Shown piece by piece: positions 51,292 to 64,000 of a stretch of DNA of 64,000 bases. The notes below the pieces were generated by a model that was not told the origin of the DNA, searched no databases, and saw only the letters and a list, made by a program, of their open reading frames with translations. The position numbers and the translations under genes are program-made. Origin of the DNA: an uncultured Chloroflexia bacterium. Its GTDB lineage: Bacteria > Chloroflexota > Limnocylindria > Limnocylindrales > CSP1-4. Every line of letters starts with the position of its first letter. Within the stretch, counting starts at the first letter, position 1. The stretch covers positions 77,767 to 141,766 of the forward strand of contig CAVVJX010000004.1 of the NCBI GenBank assembly GCA_963748675.1, given 5' to 3'.

Positions 51292-52043
51292 GTGGTGACG
51301 CCACCGGACCCGACCCTGGTCGAGGCCTTCGCCGAGGCACGAGCGCGCGTCCTCGCGCGGATCGGCGACGCCTGTCGCCGCGCCGGGCGCGACCCTGACG
51401 CCGTCACGCTGGTCGCGGTCTCCAAGACCGTCGACGCCGAGCGGCTGCGGGCCGCGGTCGCGGCGGGCCTGACGCTCCTCGGCGAGAACCGGGTCCAGGA
51501 GGCGGTCGCCAAGGCGCCCGCGGTGCCCGGCGCCCGCTGGCAGCTCGTCGGTCCGCTCCAGTCGAACAAGGCGCGCCGCGCCCTCGAGACGTTCGACGCG
51601 ATCCAGTCGGTCGACTCGGTGGAGCTCGGCGAGCGGCTCGACCGGCTCGTCCCCGAGGTCCGGCCCGGCGCCCGCTACCCGGTCCTGCTCCAGGTCAACG
51701 TCGACCTCGACCCGGCCAAGCACGGCTTCGGGCCGGCCGACGTCGACGCGGCGCTGCCCGCGCTCCTGGCGTTGCCGAACCTCGAGGTCCGCGGGCTCAT
51801 GACCGTCGGCCGGCTCGACGACCGACGAGACCGGGCGCGCGGCGACCTTCCGGGAGCTGCGCGACCTCTCGACCCGGCTGCGCGAGCGATCGCCCGGCGC
51901 TCGGCGCCGAGCTGTCGATGGGCATGACCGACGACTTCGAGCTCGCGATCGAGGAGGGCGCCACGATCGTCCGGGTCGGGCGCGCCCTGTTCGGCGAGCG
52001 GCCGCACGAGCACGGCCCGGGCGACCACGACCACACGCACTGA
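51292..52043 (+). CDS. yggS: PLP-binding protein YggS/PROSC family
   Basis: ...[15 protein letters not shown]..., [49 protein letters not shown]. One frame break near 51810. Confidence 0.85.
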
Positions 52044-52053
52044 CGCTAGACTG

Positions 52054-52394
52054 GTGGCGGCCCCCAGGACCCGCCCAAGCCCGCACTCCGTGGGCACAGC
52101 CCCACCCGAGGACTTGAGCCAGACCGACGTCCGTTTCGCCGTCCGCCTCACCCCGCGCGCCGCGCTCGATCGAGTCGATGGCGTGCTCGACGGTGTGCTG
52201 AAGGCGCGGGTCACCGCCCCGGCGGTCGAGGGTGCCGCCAACAACGCCCTCGTGCGCCTGCTGTCGGACGAACTCGGCGTCTCGCGCCGGAACGTGCGGA
52301 TCGTCGCCGGCGCGGCAGCCGCGAGAAGCTGGTCGTGGTCGAGGAGGTCGAGCCGAGGACCGTCGTCGCCCGTTGGCCGGGCCTCCGGGTATGA
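52054..52394 (+). CDS. DUF167 (YggU-like) protein
   Basis: ...LKARVTAPAVEGAANNALVRLLSDELGVSRRNVRIVAGA...EKLVVVE.... One frame break near 52320. The start is uncertain. Confidence 0.65.
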
Positions 52395-52440
52395 TCGAGC
52401 GGTCGCGCCGGGCGCGAGGAGCGCCGAGGCCGGACCTCTC

Positions 52441-52516
52441 GGGCGATTAGCTCAGCGGTTAGAGCGCGCGGTTCACATCCGCGAGGTCACTGGTTCGAAT
52501 CCAGTATCGCCCACCA
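52441..52516 (+). tRNA. tRNA-Val (anticodon CAC), CCA encoded
   Basis: Hand-folded cloverleaf: acceptor GGGCGAT/ATCGCCC, D arm GCTC/GAGC, anticodon stem CGCGG/CCGCG with loop TTCACAT, and T arm ACTGG-TTCGAAT-CCAGT. Confidence 0.95.
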
Positions 52517-52553
52517 CCTGTCGCTGCGCCTCGGGCCCAGTCGGCTCGGGACC

Positions 52554-53016
52554 TCATCGAACGGGGTGGAGCTCGAAGACCGGTCGACCCTCGGCCGCCT
52601 CCGACGGACGGTTGAGATCGACCCCATCGAGCACCCGGATGAACCGGACACCGAACGGGATCCTGCGCGCGATCCCACCGAGCGTGTCGCGAAAGAACGC
52701 GACCCGCTGTGTCGGGTCCAGCTCGGTCGCGCTGACCTCCTCCTCCGGCCTCGAACGGTGATGGTCGCCTGGCCGGCGGCGCGCAGGTTCCGGACCCAGT
52801 GGACCTCGCCCCAGGGGGACCAGATCCACCGCTGGCCATCGACCGTGATGATCGCCACGGGCGTGGTGCGAGGCAGGCCGCTGGTCCGGCCGCGGATCGT
52901 GATGAGCCCGTTGAAGCCCAACGGAACGCGGGCGGCCAGCAGCGACCTTCGCGACCGGGTTGAAGACCGTGACCCACGGCGGTGCGGCGGCGACAGCTGG
53001 CGGTTCGTTCGGTCAT
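52554..53016 (-). CDS. Nitroreductase-family deazaflavin (F420)-dependent oxidoreductase (DDN-like)
   Basis: GAAGGAG lies 8 nt upstream of ATG 53016. Product reads ...ITIRGRTSGLPRTTPVAIITVDGQRWIWSPWGEVHWVRNLRAAGQATITV.... About 3 frame breaks. Confidence 0.65.
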
Positions 53017-53111
53017 CTGATGGCTCCTTCGTGCGTCGATGCGTGCGGGTGTCACTCAGATGACCCGCACGAAGGCGCAGACGTGACCGCCGCCCGACGG
53101 GACTCGGTCCC

Positions 53112-53996
53112 TCAGCCGGCGACCACGGTGAGATCCAGCTGACCGAGCCGGTCCGGATCCGCGAGCACGTCGATCGCGACGATCCGCCCGCCCCTGACCG
53201 TCACGGCCAGGACCGCGAAGGGACTCCCGTCGGGCGCCCAGGCGATGCCTCCCGGGATGCCGTTCACGAGGATCCGGGTCGACGTCTCGGCGAACCGACG
53301 GAAGGACATCGCCTGCCCGGCAACGGCGGGTGCGCCGCGGAGCAGCGAGACCAGAGCCGGACGCGCCAGCCCGCCGTCGGAGCGCAGCACGACCTCCGGG
53401 TCGAGGACGGCGAGGAGGCGTTCGAAGTCACCGTCACGCGCCGCCGCGAGGAAGGCGTCGACGACGGCCCACTGGCCATCGAGGTCGACGTCGGGCACGG
53501 GCGCACCCTGGACGCGACGACGGGCACGGCTCGCGAGCTGCCTCGTCGCGGTCGGACTGCGGCCGACGATCGGGGCGATCTCGTCGAACGGCACGGCGAA
53601 GACGTCGTGCAACACGAAGGCGACCCGTTCGGCGGGGGTCAGGGCGTCGAGGACGACGAGCATCGCGAGGCCGACCGAATCGCCGAGGAGGGCCTCCTGT
53701 TCGGGATCGATCCCCGCCTCCGGACTCAGGATCGGATCCGGGAGGTGGGTGTCGAGGGACCCTTCGCGGCGCGTCTTGCGCGATCGCAGCATGTTGAGGC
53801 AGACCCGTCCGACGACCGTCGTCAACCAGGCCCGCAGGTTGTCGACGTCGCTCGTGTCGGTGCGGCTCAGGCGGATCCACGCCTCCTGGACGGCGTCGTC
53901 CGCCTCGGTCACGGAGCCGAGCATCCGGAAGGCGACGCCGCGCAGGTGGGCGCGGTCTGCCTCGAAGCGCTCGGCGAGCCAGTCTTGGTCACTCAT
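53112..53996 (-). CDS. ECF sigma factor with fused C-terminal SnoaL-like extension (SigJ/ECF41-like)
   Basis: Intact 294-aa ORF. Region 2 reads ...FRMLGSVTEADDAVQEAWIRL and region 4 reads ...LTPAERVAFVLHDVFAVPFDEIAPIVGRSPTATRQLASRARRRV. A ~110-aa extension follows. No adjacent anti-sigma gene. Confidence 0.8.
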   Translation of the reverse strand: MSDQDWLAERFEADRAHLRGVAFRMLGSVTEADDAVQEAWIRLSRTDTSDVDNLRAWLTTVVGRVCLNMLRSRKTRREGSLDTHLPDPILSPEAGIDPEQEALLGDSVGLAMLVVLDALTPAERVAFVLHDVFAVPFDEIAPIVGRSPTATRQLASRARRRVQGAPVPDVDLDGQWAVVDAFLAAARDGDFERLLAVLDPEVVLRSDGGLARPALVSLLRGAPAVAGQAMSFRRFAETSTRILVNGIPGGIAWAPDGSPFAVLAVTVRGGRIVAIDVLADPDRLGQLDLTVVAG

Positions 53997-54109
53997 GGGG
54001 TCACGTTCCTGTGATCGGCCTGGTCATGTCATTGACCCGCCGGCCCGGGCGAGTGTGACCGAGCGGCCCTGACATTCCTGTCACGATCCGGCACGCATCT
54101 GGGAGTACG

Positions 54110-54626
54110 GTGAGGGCCATGGGCAGCATGACGATCCGACCGGCCTACAGCATGTGGCCCCAGTACAACCGGCGCCTCCGCGAGGTCGTCGGGGCGATGA
54201 CCGACGAGCAGCTGGCGCTCCGACCGTCGGCCGAGCGCTGGCCGCTCTGGGCGACCGTGGGCCACGCCGCATGCCAGCGGGTGTTCTGGCTGTGCGACTT
54301 CGCGGGTGAGCCCGGCGCGGAGACCACGCCGTTCACGAACGCCGACGTACGACTGCCCGGGAGACGACGACCTCGAGCACGTCCTCGGTGCCGATGCGCT
54401 CGTCGAGGCGCTCGACTCGACCTTCCGCATCGTCGAGGGCTGCCTGGACCGATGGACCCTGGACATGCTCGACGAGGAGCTCCGTCGGCCCGAGTGGGAC
54501 GGCACGTGGGTGCACACCCGCGGCTCGGTCATCCAGCGCGTCTTCAGCCACGACGTCCACCACTGCGCCGAGCTGAACGAGGCGCTCGGGGTCGCGGGCC
54601 TTCGGCAGATCGACCTCTGGGATTGA
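54110..54626 (+). CDS. DinB-family protein
   Basis: ...WPLWATVGHAACQRVFW... and ...GSVIQRVFSHDVHHCAELNEAL. One frame break near 54345. Confidence 0.6.
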
Positions 54627-54629
54627 GCC

Positions 54630-55400
54630 TCAGGACGGCGCGACAGGTGGCGCGAGTCCGCAGTCGGGCTCGGTGCAGAGCTCCAGCCCCAGCTGGGCCA
54701 GTCCCTCGGCCAATGGCGTGAACCCGAGCAATCCGCCGAAGCTCCGACTCGAGACCCCGGCCGGGATGCCACGCACGAGCACGGCACCGCCGGAGTCGCC
54801 GACAGCCGCGTCGATCCGTGTCGCGATCATGCACGGGAAGTAGGCGCTGTCCTTCGGGTGCAGGTTGGCGCCCTTCTCGACCACGGTCCCGCGCCGGTAG
54901 ATGTTGCGGCCGTCGACCTCGACTTCATCGCCGATCGCGATGTCCGCGCAGCCGAGCGGCCGCGTGCCCGGCGGGATGACCCGATAGCCGGCCGTGCCCA
55001 GGTCCACGACGTTCAGGTGCCCCCACGGGATGCGGTCCTCGGCGACCACCAGGTAGTTCATGTCGGACGCGGCACACGTGTGACCGGGATACGGGCACGT
55101 GGCATCGCGGGCGGGCGGGCCGAAGACGCCACGGATCGTGGTGCCGTCCGGGTCGTAGGCGACCGTGCCCTCTCGCGTGCAATGACCGGTGGACGTGAGC
55201 ACGATCGTGTCGCCGCGGCGTGCGTAGAACCCGCCGGCACACACGCCCCACAACTGCTGGCCCGCCAGGACCGGCGGGTCGTAGACCGCCGTGGTCCGCT
55301 GCGGCTGCAACGCTCGCCCGGCCACGAGGATGCCGACCACGACCAGCAGGCCGATCAGGACGACGAGGAGCAGGTGGATGGGGCGGACCCGCGTTCGCAT
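54630..55400 (-). CDS. Membrane-anchored S1 (chymotrypsin/alpha-lytic-type) serine protease
   Basis: Intact frame. TM segment IHLLLVVLIGLLVVVGILVAG, His context TSTGHC, and Ser context GDSGGAV. The ORF is open to 55541, but ATG 55400 directly precedes the TM segment. Confidence 0.7.
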   Translation of the reverse strand: MRTRVRPIHLLLVVLIGLLVVVGILVAGRALQPQRTTAVYDPPVLAGQQLWGVCAGGFYARRGDTIVLTSTGHCTREGTVAYDPDGTTIRGVFGPPARDATCPYPGHTCAASDMNYLVVAEDRIPWGHLNVVDLGTAGYRVIPPGTRPLGCADIAIGDEVEVDGRNIYRRGTVVEKGANLHPKDSAYFPCMIATRIDAAVGDSGGAVLVRGIPAGVSSRSFGGLLGFTPLAEGLAQLGLELCTEPDCGLAPPVAPS

Positions 55401-55661
55401 GCGTGTCCCGGCCGATGATGTCACTGGCTCCTCGCGTTGACTCGGCCGCGCGTGCGACCCCGTGTCCGGATCATCGGCGCCGACCATGGACGGCGGAACC
55501 CTGACCTTCAGGCGCTTCGATCGGGCCGTGCATCGGATCACTCCTCGCGACGCCTTCCATGCGCTGACGGGATCGGCCGCAGATTTCCCGCGAGATCGAC
55601 GTCACAGCGCGCGAGGCGGCCTCGTCAGAAATGGTGAACGCGGATCTCCTCCCCGCGTACC

Positions 55662-55690
55662 GAAGCCCCCGGTCCTCCCCCGGGGGCTTC
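55662..55690 (-). terminator. Hairpin downstream of acnA
   Basis: GAAGCCCCCGG-7 nt-CCGGGGGCTTC forms a perfect 11-bp stem, 22 nt after the acnA stop. No clear U-tract. Confidence 0.5.
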
Positions 55691-55711
55691 GTCTCGTCCG
55701 GCCCGAACCGG

Positions 55712-58608
<2,897 letters not shown>

Positions 58609-58646
58609 GCGTACCGCGACCGACCCCGTGACGCGGGCGCCCGCCG

Positions 58647-59711
58647 GTGAGGGCGTGGGGCGACCTGCCCGGCGACGACCCGAAGCGGGATCGCGAGGAG
58701 AAGGAGGCCGCGATCGAGGCGGCCGGCATCGACCTCGATCCGGTGCCGCCGGGCTTCCATCGCCACGACGACGAAGTCCACGCCAGCGACCACGCGCACC
58801 CGCATCACCACTCCGAGCCCGGCCAGCCGCCGGTCATCGGGATCATCGGAGCCGGGGCCGTCGGGACCGCGCTGGGCGTCGCGCTGACCCGGGCCGGCTG
58901 GCCGGTCCACGCGGTCGCGAGCCGCGATCCGGAGCGGCGGCAGCGGTTCCACGCCCTCGTCGACGGGTCGCGGATGTTCAGCGAGGGGCAGGCCGTCGTC
59001 GAGGAGGTCGAGCTCGTCATCCTCGCGGTGCCCGACGACGCGGTCGCGTCGGTGGCCGCGGGTCTGCGGATGTACGGCGGCCAGGCCATGGTCCACACGA
59101 GTGGCGCCCTCGACGCCGACGTGCTCGCCCCGGCGATGGCCGCCGGCACCCAGATCGGGGCGTTCCACCCGCTGGTGGCCTTCGCCGACACGGAACGGGC
59201 GGTCGCCGCGCTCAAGGGCGCGACCGTCGCCATCGAGGGCGACGACCAGCTGGCCACCCTGCTGGCCACGATGGCCGAGGCGATCGGCGCCCATCCGGTC
59301 CGGCTCGCCTCGGGGTCGAAGGCCGCGTATCACGCGGCGGCCGTCCTGGCCGCTGGTGGCTTCGTCGCGCTCCTCGACGCGATCGTCGAACTGGGTCGCG
59401 TGGCGGGCCTCGACGAGGCTGGGGCGCTGGCCATCTACGGGCCCCTCATCGAGGGCACCCTGGGCAATGCCCGGGCGCTCGGCGTCCGCGCCGCCCTGAC
59501 CGGCCCGATCGCCCGCGGCGACATCGGAACACTCGATGCGCACCTGGCCGCGCTCGAGCGCCACGCCCCCGATGTCATGGCTCTGTACCGCGCTGTCGCG
59601 GACCGGGAGATCGACCTGGCGGTCGCCCGGGGCTCGCTGGCACCGGAGCCAGCCCACGAGATGCGATCCGCCCTTGCAAGGGCGGATCGAACCGGTACCA
59701 TAACCACCTGA
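58647..59711 (+). CDS. Rossmann-fold plus DUF2520-type putative oxidoreductase with a His-rich N-terminal extension
   Basis: Intact frame. [18 protein letters not shown]..., then ...[15 protein letters not shown]...LTGPIARGD. The N-terminal ~60 aa is acidic and His-rich ([18 protein letters not shown]). Confidence 0.6.
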   Translation: MRAWGDLPGDDPKRDREEKEAAIEAAGIDLDPVPPGFHRHDDEVHASDHAHPHHHSEPGQPPVIGIIGAGAVGTALGVALTRAGWPVHAVASRDPERRQRFHALVDGSRMFSEGQAVVEEVELVILAVPDDAVASVAAGLRMYGGQAMVHTSGALDADVLAPAMAAGTQIGAFHPLVAFADTERAVAALKGATVAIEGDDQLATLLATMAEAIGAHPVRLASGSKAAYHAAAVLAAGGFVALLDAIVELGRVAGLDEAGALAIYGPLIEGTLGNARALGVRAALTGPIARGDIGTLDAHLAALERHAPDVMALYRAVADREIDLAVARGSLAPEPAHEMRSALARADRTGTITT

Positions 59712-60034
59712 TGAATCACAGCATCGCCGCGAAGTACGCGGCTCGGCCGGCGGCCCATTTCGTGCGCCCCTCGGTTCGCACGAAGGAGCGGCGCCTCGGG
59801 CTGCACGCGGGCGGTGCCTTCCGTTCGACCGCCGAGCACGCCACGGTCCTGCGGGGCCCGGACGTCACGCCGCTCGCGAGCCTGCGTGGCCGGTCGCGCT
59901 CCATCCAGACCGCCGACGGCTCGCGACCGCTCGACGGTCGTCCGCGTCCCCGTGTCGTCATGACCTGGGCCCGATCCGGGCACGGCGGGGCGCTCCGTCG
60001 CCCAAGCGCCGCCTCGGCGCCGTGGCGCGGCTGA
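59711..60034 (+). CDS. Possible small basic protein (107 aa), weak call
   Basis: ATG is in a TGATG overlap with the upstream stop. Moderately high GC3 and no frame break. No family recognised and the composition is low-complexity. Confidence 0.25.
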   Translation: MNHSIAAKYAARPAAHFVRPSVRTKERRLGLHAGGAFRSTAEHATVLRGPDVTPLASLRGRSRSIQTADGSRPLDGRPRPRVVMTWARSGHGGALRRPSAASAPWRG

Positions 60035-60480
60035 GGACCTCGACCGCCACGTCCGCCGGCGGGGTCGTCGTCCGCCACGAAGCCGGCCAACCATGGCTCG
60101 TCGTCGGGAGTCGTCGTCGCGAGCGCGACGGGCGGACCTGGACGCTCCCCAAGGGCACGCCGAAGAGCGGTGAGACCACCGAGGAGACCGCGCTTCGCGA
60201 GGTCGCCGAGGAGACCGGTCTGAAGGTCCGCATCACCGGCCCCCTCGACTCGATCGAGTACTTCTTCGTCCAGTCGGGGACGCGCATCCACAAGACCGTC
60301 CACTACTTCCTGATGGAGCCGACCGGCGGCGACCTCGCCCGACACGACCACGAGTTCGAGGAGGTCCGCTGGATCCGGTTCTCCGACGCTCCCTCGACCC
60401 TGACCTTCGAGACCGAGCGGGCGCTCGTGGCGCGGGCGGCGGAGCTGGTCGACCCCGGCTCGGTCCGGGCCGGCTCGTGA
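60022..60480 (+). CDS. NUDIX hydrolase
   Basis: Intact frame. The Nudix box is [27 protein letters not shown] overlap with gcvT. Confidence 0.85.
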   Translation: MARLRTSTATSAGGVVVRHEAGQPWLVVGSRRRERDGRTWTLPKGTPKSGETTEETALREVAEETGLKVRITGPLDSIEYFFVQSGTRIHKTVHYFLMEPTGGDLARHDHEFEEVRWIRFSDAPSTLTFETERALVARAAELVDPGSVRAGS

Positions 60481-61605
60481 CCGCGGAGTCGCCAGAGCCG
60501 GACTCGCACGAGCCGCACGTCACCCCGCTCGCCGCGCGACACGCCGAGCTGGGCGCCCGCGTGATCGAGTTCGGCGGCTGGTTGATGCCGGTCCAGTACG
60601 GCTCGATCATCGACGAGCATCGAGCCGTCCGCGAGCGCGTCGGCCTGTTCGACCTGTCGCACATGGGCGAGCTGTTCGTCGAGGGCCCGGAGGCCGGGGT
60701 CGCCCTCGCCGCGGCGCTCGTCAGCGAACCCGCCGGCGCTCACGATCGGTCGCGCCCACTACTCGATGATCGTCGCGCCCGACGGCGGGATCATCGACGA
60801 CCTCATCGTCTACCGCCTGGCCGAGGAACGGTTCCTCGTCGTCGCCAATGCGAGCAACGCCGCGGTGGTCTCCGATGCGCTCGCCGAGCGGCTCGCCGGC
60901 TTCAAGGCGATCCTGGACGACGGCTCCCTCGCGACCGGACTCCTCGCGGTCCAGGGACCGCGCGCGATCGATGTGCTCCGGCCACTGACGGACGTCGATC
61001 TCGCCGCGCTGCGCTACTACGCCATCGCCGAAGGCGCTGTCGCCGGCATCCCGGCGCTCGTCGCCCGGACCGGCTACACGGGCGAGGACGGCTTCGAGGT
61101 CTTCGTCGAGACCGGACGGACCGTCGAGCTGTGGGATGCCCTGCTGGCCGCGCGTGCAGGCCGCGGACGGCGTCCCGTCGGCCTCGGCGCCCGGGACACG
61201 CTCCGGCTCGAGGCCGGCATGCCGCTCTACGGCAACGAGCTCGACCGCGACACGAATCCGTACGACGCGGGCCTCGGGCGCGTGGTCAAGCTCGACAAGC
61301 CCGGCGACTTCGTCGGACGCGCGGCGCTCGAACGGATCGCGGCCGCGGGACCGGCCAAGCGCCTGGTCGGCCTCGTCGTCGAGGGTCGCGGCATCGCCCG
61401 CCACGGATACCCGGTCCTGGCCGGCGACCGGCGGACGGGCGTCGTCACGAGCGGCACGCAGTCGCCGACGCTCGGGGTGCCGATCGCGATGGCCTACGTC
61501 GCGCCGGGCGATGCGGAGCCGGGTACGATACTGGCCGTGGAGATCCGAAACGCGCCGGTCTCCGCGAAGGTCGTCGACCTGCCGTTCTACCGACGCCCGA
61601 CCTGA
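60477..61605 (+). CDS. gcvT: Glycine cleavage system aminomethyltransferase (T protein)
   Basis: ...[34 protein letters not shown]..., [13 protein letters not shown], and [21 protein letters not shown]. One frame break near 60735. Confidence 0.9.
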
Positions 61606-61693
61606 TCGGTCGGGGAGCCGATGCCCCCCGACCCCGCCCGACGCGCCCGCCGCCCGCGGCGACCTGCCGCGCCAGGAGGAGGTACGGCCAGCG

Positions 61694-62074
61694 ATGGTCC
61701 CCAGCGACCTGCGCTACACCAAGGACCACGAGTGGGTCCGTCTCGAGGGTGACGAGGCGGTGATCGGGATCACGGCCTATGCCGCCGAACAGCTCGGCGA
61801 CATCGTCTTCGTGGAGCTCCCCGACGTCGGCAAGGCGCTCGACCAGTTCGCCGCCTTCGGTGTCGTCGAATCGGTCAAGGCCGTCAGCGACCTGTACGCA
61901 CCGATCGGCGGCGAGGTCGTGGGCACCAACGACGCCCTGACCGGCACCCCGGAGGTCGTCAACGGCGACCCGTACGGCCAGGGCTGGATGCTCCGGGTCC
62001 GGCTCGCCGATCCAGGCCAGCTCGACGAGCTCCTCGACGGGGCCGCCTACGACGATCTCATCGCGGCCGGCTGA
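61694..62074 (+). CDS. gcvH: Glycine cleavage system H protein
   Basis: Intact frame. ...YTKDHEWV...[18 protein letters not shown]...[13 protein letters not shown], with the lipoyl-Lys motif. Confidence 0.9.
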   Translation: MVPSDLRYTKDHEWVRLEGDEAVIGITAYAAEQLGDIVFVELPDVGKALDQFAAFGVVESVKAVSDLYAPIGGEVVGTNDALTGTPEVVNGDPYGQGWMLRVRLADPGQLDELLDGAAYDDLIAAG

Positions 62075-62083
62075 TCCCCGACG

Positions 62084-63517
62084 ATGCCGTACGGACCGCA
62101 TACCGCCGATGACCGCGAGCGGATGCTCACGGCGCTCGGCCTGACCTCGGTCGACCAGCTCTTCGACGACATCCCGGCCGCGCTGCGTGCCTCGCGCCTG
62201 GACCTGCCGCCGCCGGAGCCGGAGCTGGACCTCGCGGCCCGCCTGCAGTGGCTGGCCGGTCGCAACCGGACCGATCTGGCGTCGTTCCTGGGCGCCGGCG
62301 TCTATCGCCACTGGAGCCCGCCGGCGGTCGACCAGCTCCTGCTCCGCGGCGAGTGGTACACGGCCTACACGCCGTACCAGCCCGAGGTCAGCCAGGGCAC
62401 CCTCCAGAGCATCTACGAGTACGAATCGCTGATCGGCGAGCTCGTCGACCTCGACGTCGTCTCCGCGTCCCACTACGACGGCGCCGCCGCGACCGCCGAG
62501 GCGGCCCTGATGACGTGCCGGGCGACCCGGCGCGACCGGGTCCTCGTCAGCCGCGGCGTCCACCCGCACTACCGCCAGACCCTCCAGACGTACTTCGGCG
62601 GCGACCTCGAACTCGACGAGATCCCCCTCGTGGCCGACGGGCCGGCGGCGGGCACGACCGACCTCGAGGCGCTGGAGCGGATGCTGGCCGAGCCCGATCG
62701 ACCGGTCGCCGGCGTGCTCGCGGCCCAGCCGGACTTCCTGGGCCTGCTCGAACCGATGCCGGCCATCGGAGCGCTCGCGCACGACGCGGGCGCCCTGTTC
62801 GTCGCCGTCATCGAGCCCGTCTCGCTGGCCGTCCTGGCGCCGCCGGGCGCGTACGGGGCCGACATCGCGGCCGGCGAAGGCCAGCCGCTCGGGATCGCGC
62901 CCCAGTACGGCGGCCCGTACCTGGGCATCCTCGCCTCGACCGACGCCCTGGTGCGCCAGATCCCTGGCCGGCTGGTCGGGATGACCACCGACCTCGACGG
63001 GCAGCGGGCCTTCGTGATGACGATGCGGGCGCGCGAGCAGGACATCCGCCGGGACAAGGCGGCGAGCAACATCTGCACGAACCAGGCGCTGCTCGCGCTG
63101 GCGGCTTCCATCTACCTGGCGACGATCGGACCGCACGGGCTGCGCGACGTCGCGGCGCTCGGTGCCGCACGGGCAGCGGAGCTCGAGACGGCCCTCGACG
63201 CGGTCGGCGCCCCGCGTCTGCACCCGGGTCCGTACCTCAACGAGTTCGCGATCCGGGTGCCCGAGGCACGCACCGTCCACCGGCGGCTGCTCGAGCACGG
63301 GATCCTGGCCGGTCTCGTCCTGGCCGACGTCGTCCCCGACGACCCGACCCTCGCCGACGGTCTGCTGGTCTGCGCCACCGAGGTCACGACATCGGCCGAG
63401 ATCGTCCGCTTCGCGAGCGCCCTCGGCGACGTGATGCGGGGCCGGCCCGCGACCGCCGTCGAAGCGGGTGCCGGCGAGCGGTTCGCGAACCCGGCCGCAT
63501 CGGGGGTCCGGCGATGA
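62084..63517 (+). CDS. gcvPA: Glycine dehydrogenase (decarboxylating) subunit 1
   Basis: Intact 477-aa ORF. ...FLGAGVYRHWSPPAVD...YTAYTPYQPEVSQGTLQSIYEYESLI...REQDIRRDKAASNICTNQAL. Confidence 0.9.
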   Translation: MPYGPHTADDRERMLTALGLTSVDQLFDDIPAALRASRLDLPPPEPELDLAARLQWLAGRNRTDLASFLGAGVYRHWSPPAVDQLLLRGEWYTAYTPYQPEVSQGTLQSIYEYESLIGELVDLDVVSASHYDGAAATAEAALMTCRATRRDRVLVSRGVHPHYRQTLQTYFGGDLELDEIPLVADGPAAGTTDLEALERMLAEPDRPVAGVLAAQPDFLGLLEPMPAIGALAHDAGALFVAVIEPVSLAVLAPPGAYGADIAAGEGQPLGIAPQYGGPYLGILASTDALVRQIPGRLVGMTTDLDGQRAFVMTMRAREQDIRRDKAASNICTNQALLALAASIYLATIGPHGLRDVAALGAARAAELETALDAVGAPRLHPGPYLNEFAIRVPEARTVHRRLLEHGILAGLVLADVVPDDPTLADGLLVCATEVTTSAEIVRFASALGDVMRGRPATAVEAGAGERFANPAASGVRR

Positions 63518-64000
63518 GCGTCACCGGGCCCAAGCTCCAGCCCACCCTGTTCGAGCGTGGACGGCCGGGACGTGGAGGCGGCAAGATCCCGCATCCGCCC
63601 AAGGACGCCCTGGCACGCATCCCGACGTCGGCGCTTCGAACGAACCCGCCGGCCCTGCCCGAGCTCAACGAGCCCGACGTCGTCCGCCACTACGTCAACC
63701 TCTCGCAACTGAACTTCGCGGTCGACACCGGGCTTCTACCCGCTCGGCTCGTGCACGATGAAGTTCAACCCCAAGCTCAACGAATGGGCGGCCCGCCTGC
63801 CCGGGTTCGCGACGCTCCATCCGCTCGCGCCCGACGAGATCGCCCAGGGCACGCTCCAGCTGCTCTGGGAGCTCGAGGCGGCGCTGGCCGAGATCTCCGG
63901 GATGCGCGCCGTGACGCTCCAGCCCGCGGCCGGGGCCCAGGGCGAGCTGACCGGCATCCTGATGATCCGGGCCTACCACCGGGAGCGGGGCGACACGCTC
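63514..64000 (+). CDS. gcvPB: Glycine dehydrogenase (decarboxylating) subunit 2, 5' part (cut by the window end)
   Basis: ATGA overlap with gcvPA. ...[39 protein letters not shown]...[11 protein letters not shown]. One frame break near 63730. Confidence 0.85.
   Translation, partial: MSVTGPKLQPTLFERGRPGRGGGKIPHPPKDALARIPTSALRTNPPALPELNEPDVVRHYVNLSQLNFAVDTGLLPARLVHDEVQPQAQRMGGPPARVRDAPSARARRDRPGHAPAALGARGGAGRDLRDARRDAPARGRGPGRADRHPDDPGLPPGAGRHA

Noticed and set aside
54079-54105. A full ECF41-type promoter (TGTCACA-N16-CGTC) upstream of the DinB gene.
   Set aside because: Only the -35-like TGTCACG is present. The sequence at the expected -10 position is GGAG, not CGTC. My recollection of the consensus is also from memory.
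52441-55541. A genomic island integrated at tRNA-Val.
   Set aside because: There is no integrase, no direct repeat of the tRNA 3' end that I could find, and no obvious GC shift. The genes are ordinary stress and redox functions.
59712-60476. A glycine riboswitch upstream of the gcv operon.
   Set aside because: I found neither CUCUGGAGAG-like nor ACCGAAGGGGCAA-like aptamer cores. gcvT is translationally coupled to the upstream NUDIX gene. A covariance-model scan would be needed to exclude a divergent form.

Overview
This is a very high-GC (about 70% or more by eye) bacterial chromosomal segment made up almost entirely of core functions. I saw no rRNA, CRISPR array, transposase, integrase, prophage or recognisable defence genes. 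Gene order:
- 3' end of pilT
- minus-strand type IV pilus operon: pilD, pilB, pilC, two minor pilins, a 510-aa PilX-like/lectin-like protein, and the major pilin
- histidine phosphatase, then a PspC plus toastrack envelope-stress pair
- HAD, PlsC-type and UbiA-type genes
- parB-parA, with DnaA boxes upstream of parA
- pccB, pccA, methylmalonyl-CoA mutase, a 2H phosphoesterase, and the epimerase
- sucCD, a TetR regulator, icd, sdhCAB, rnhA, RNase P RNA, and a LysM protein
- dcw cluster: mraZ, rsmH, a small ORF, ftsL, ftsI, murF, mraY, murD, ftsW, murG, murB, ddl, ftsQ, DUF1290, ftsA, yjbQ, ftsZ, yggS, DUF167
- tRNA-Val, a DDN-type oxidoreductase, an ECF41-like sigma factor, DinB, and an S1 protease
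- acnA, DUF2520, NUDIX, and gcvT-gcvH-gcvPA-gcvPB (cut by the window end)

The gene content (FtsA, DUF1290, type IV pili, an F420-type enzyme, very high GC) suggests a Chloroflexota- or Actinomycetota-like lineage. That is inference only.

The dominant observation is that most conserved genes are broken by single-nucleotide indels. The ORF-track fragments abut and concatenate into full-length proteins, so I read this as consensus or assembly error rather than pseudogenisation. Coordinates for such genes run from the best start codon to the stop reached after mental repair, and are approximate.

I did not find a convincing novel multi-gene system. The most interesting signals are at motif level:
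- a 16-18 bp palindrome present three times around parB, pccB and pccA
- a four-fold GTACGTAC array next to a TetR gene
- DnaA boxes upstream of parA
- MraZ-type repeats at the dcw promoter
- an unannotated small ORF inside the dcw cluster
- a large lectin-like protein in the pilus operon
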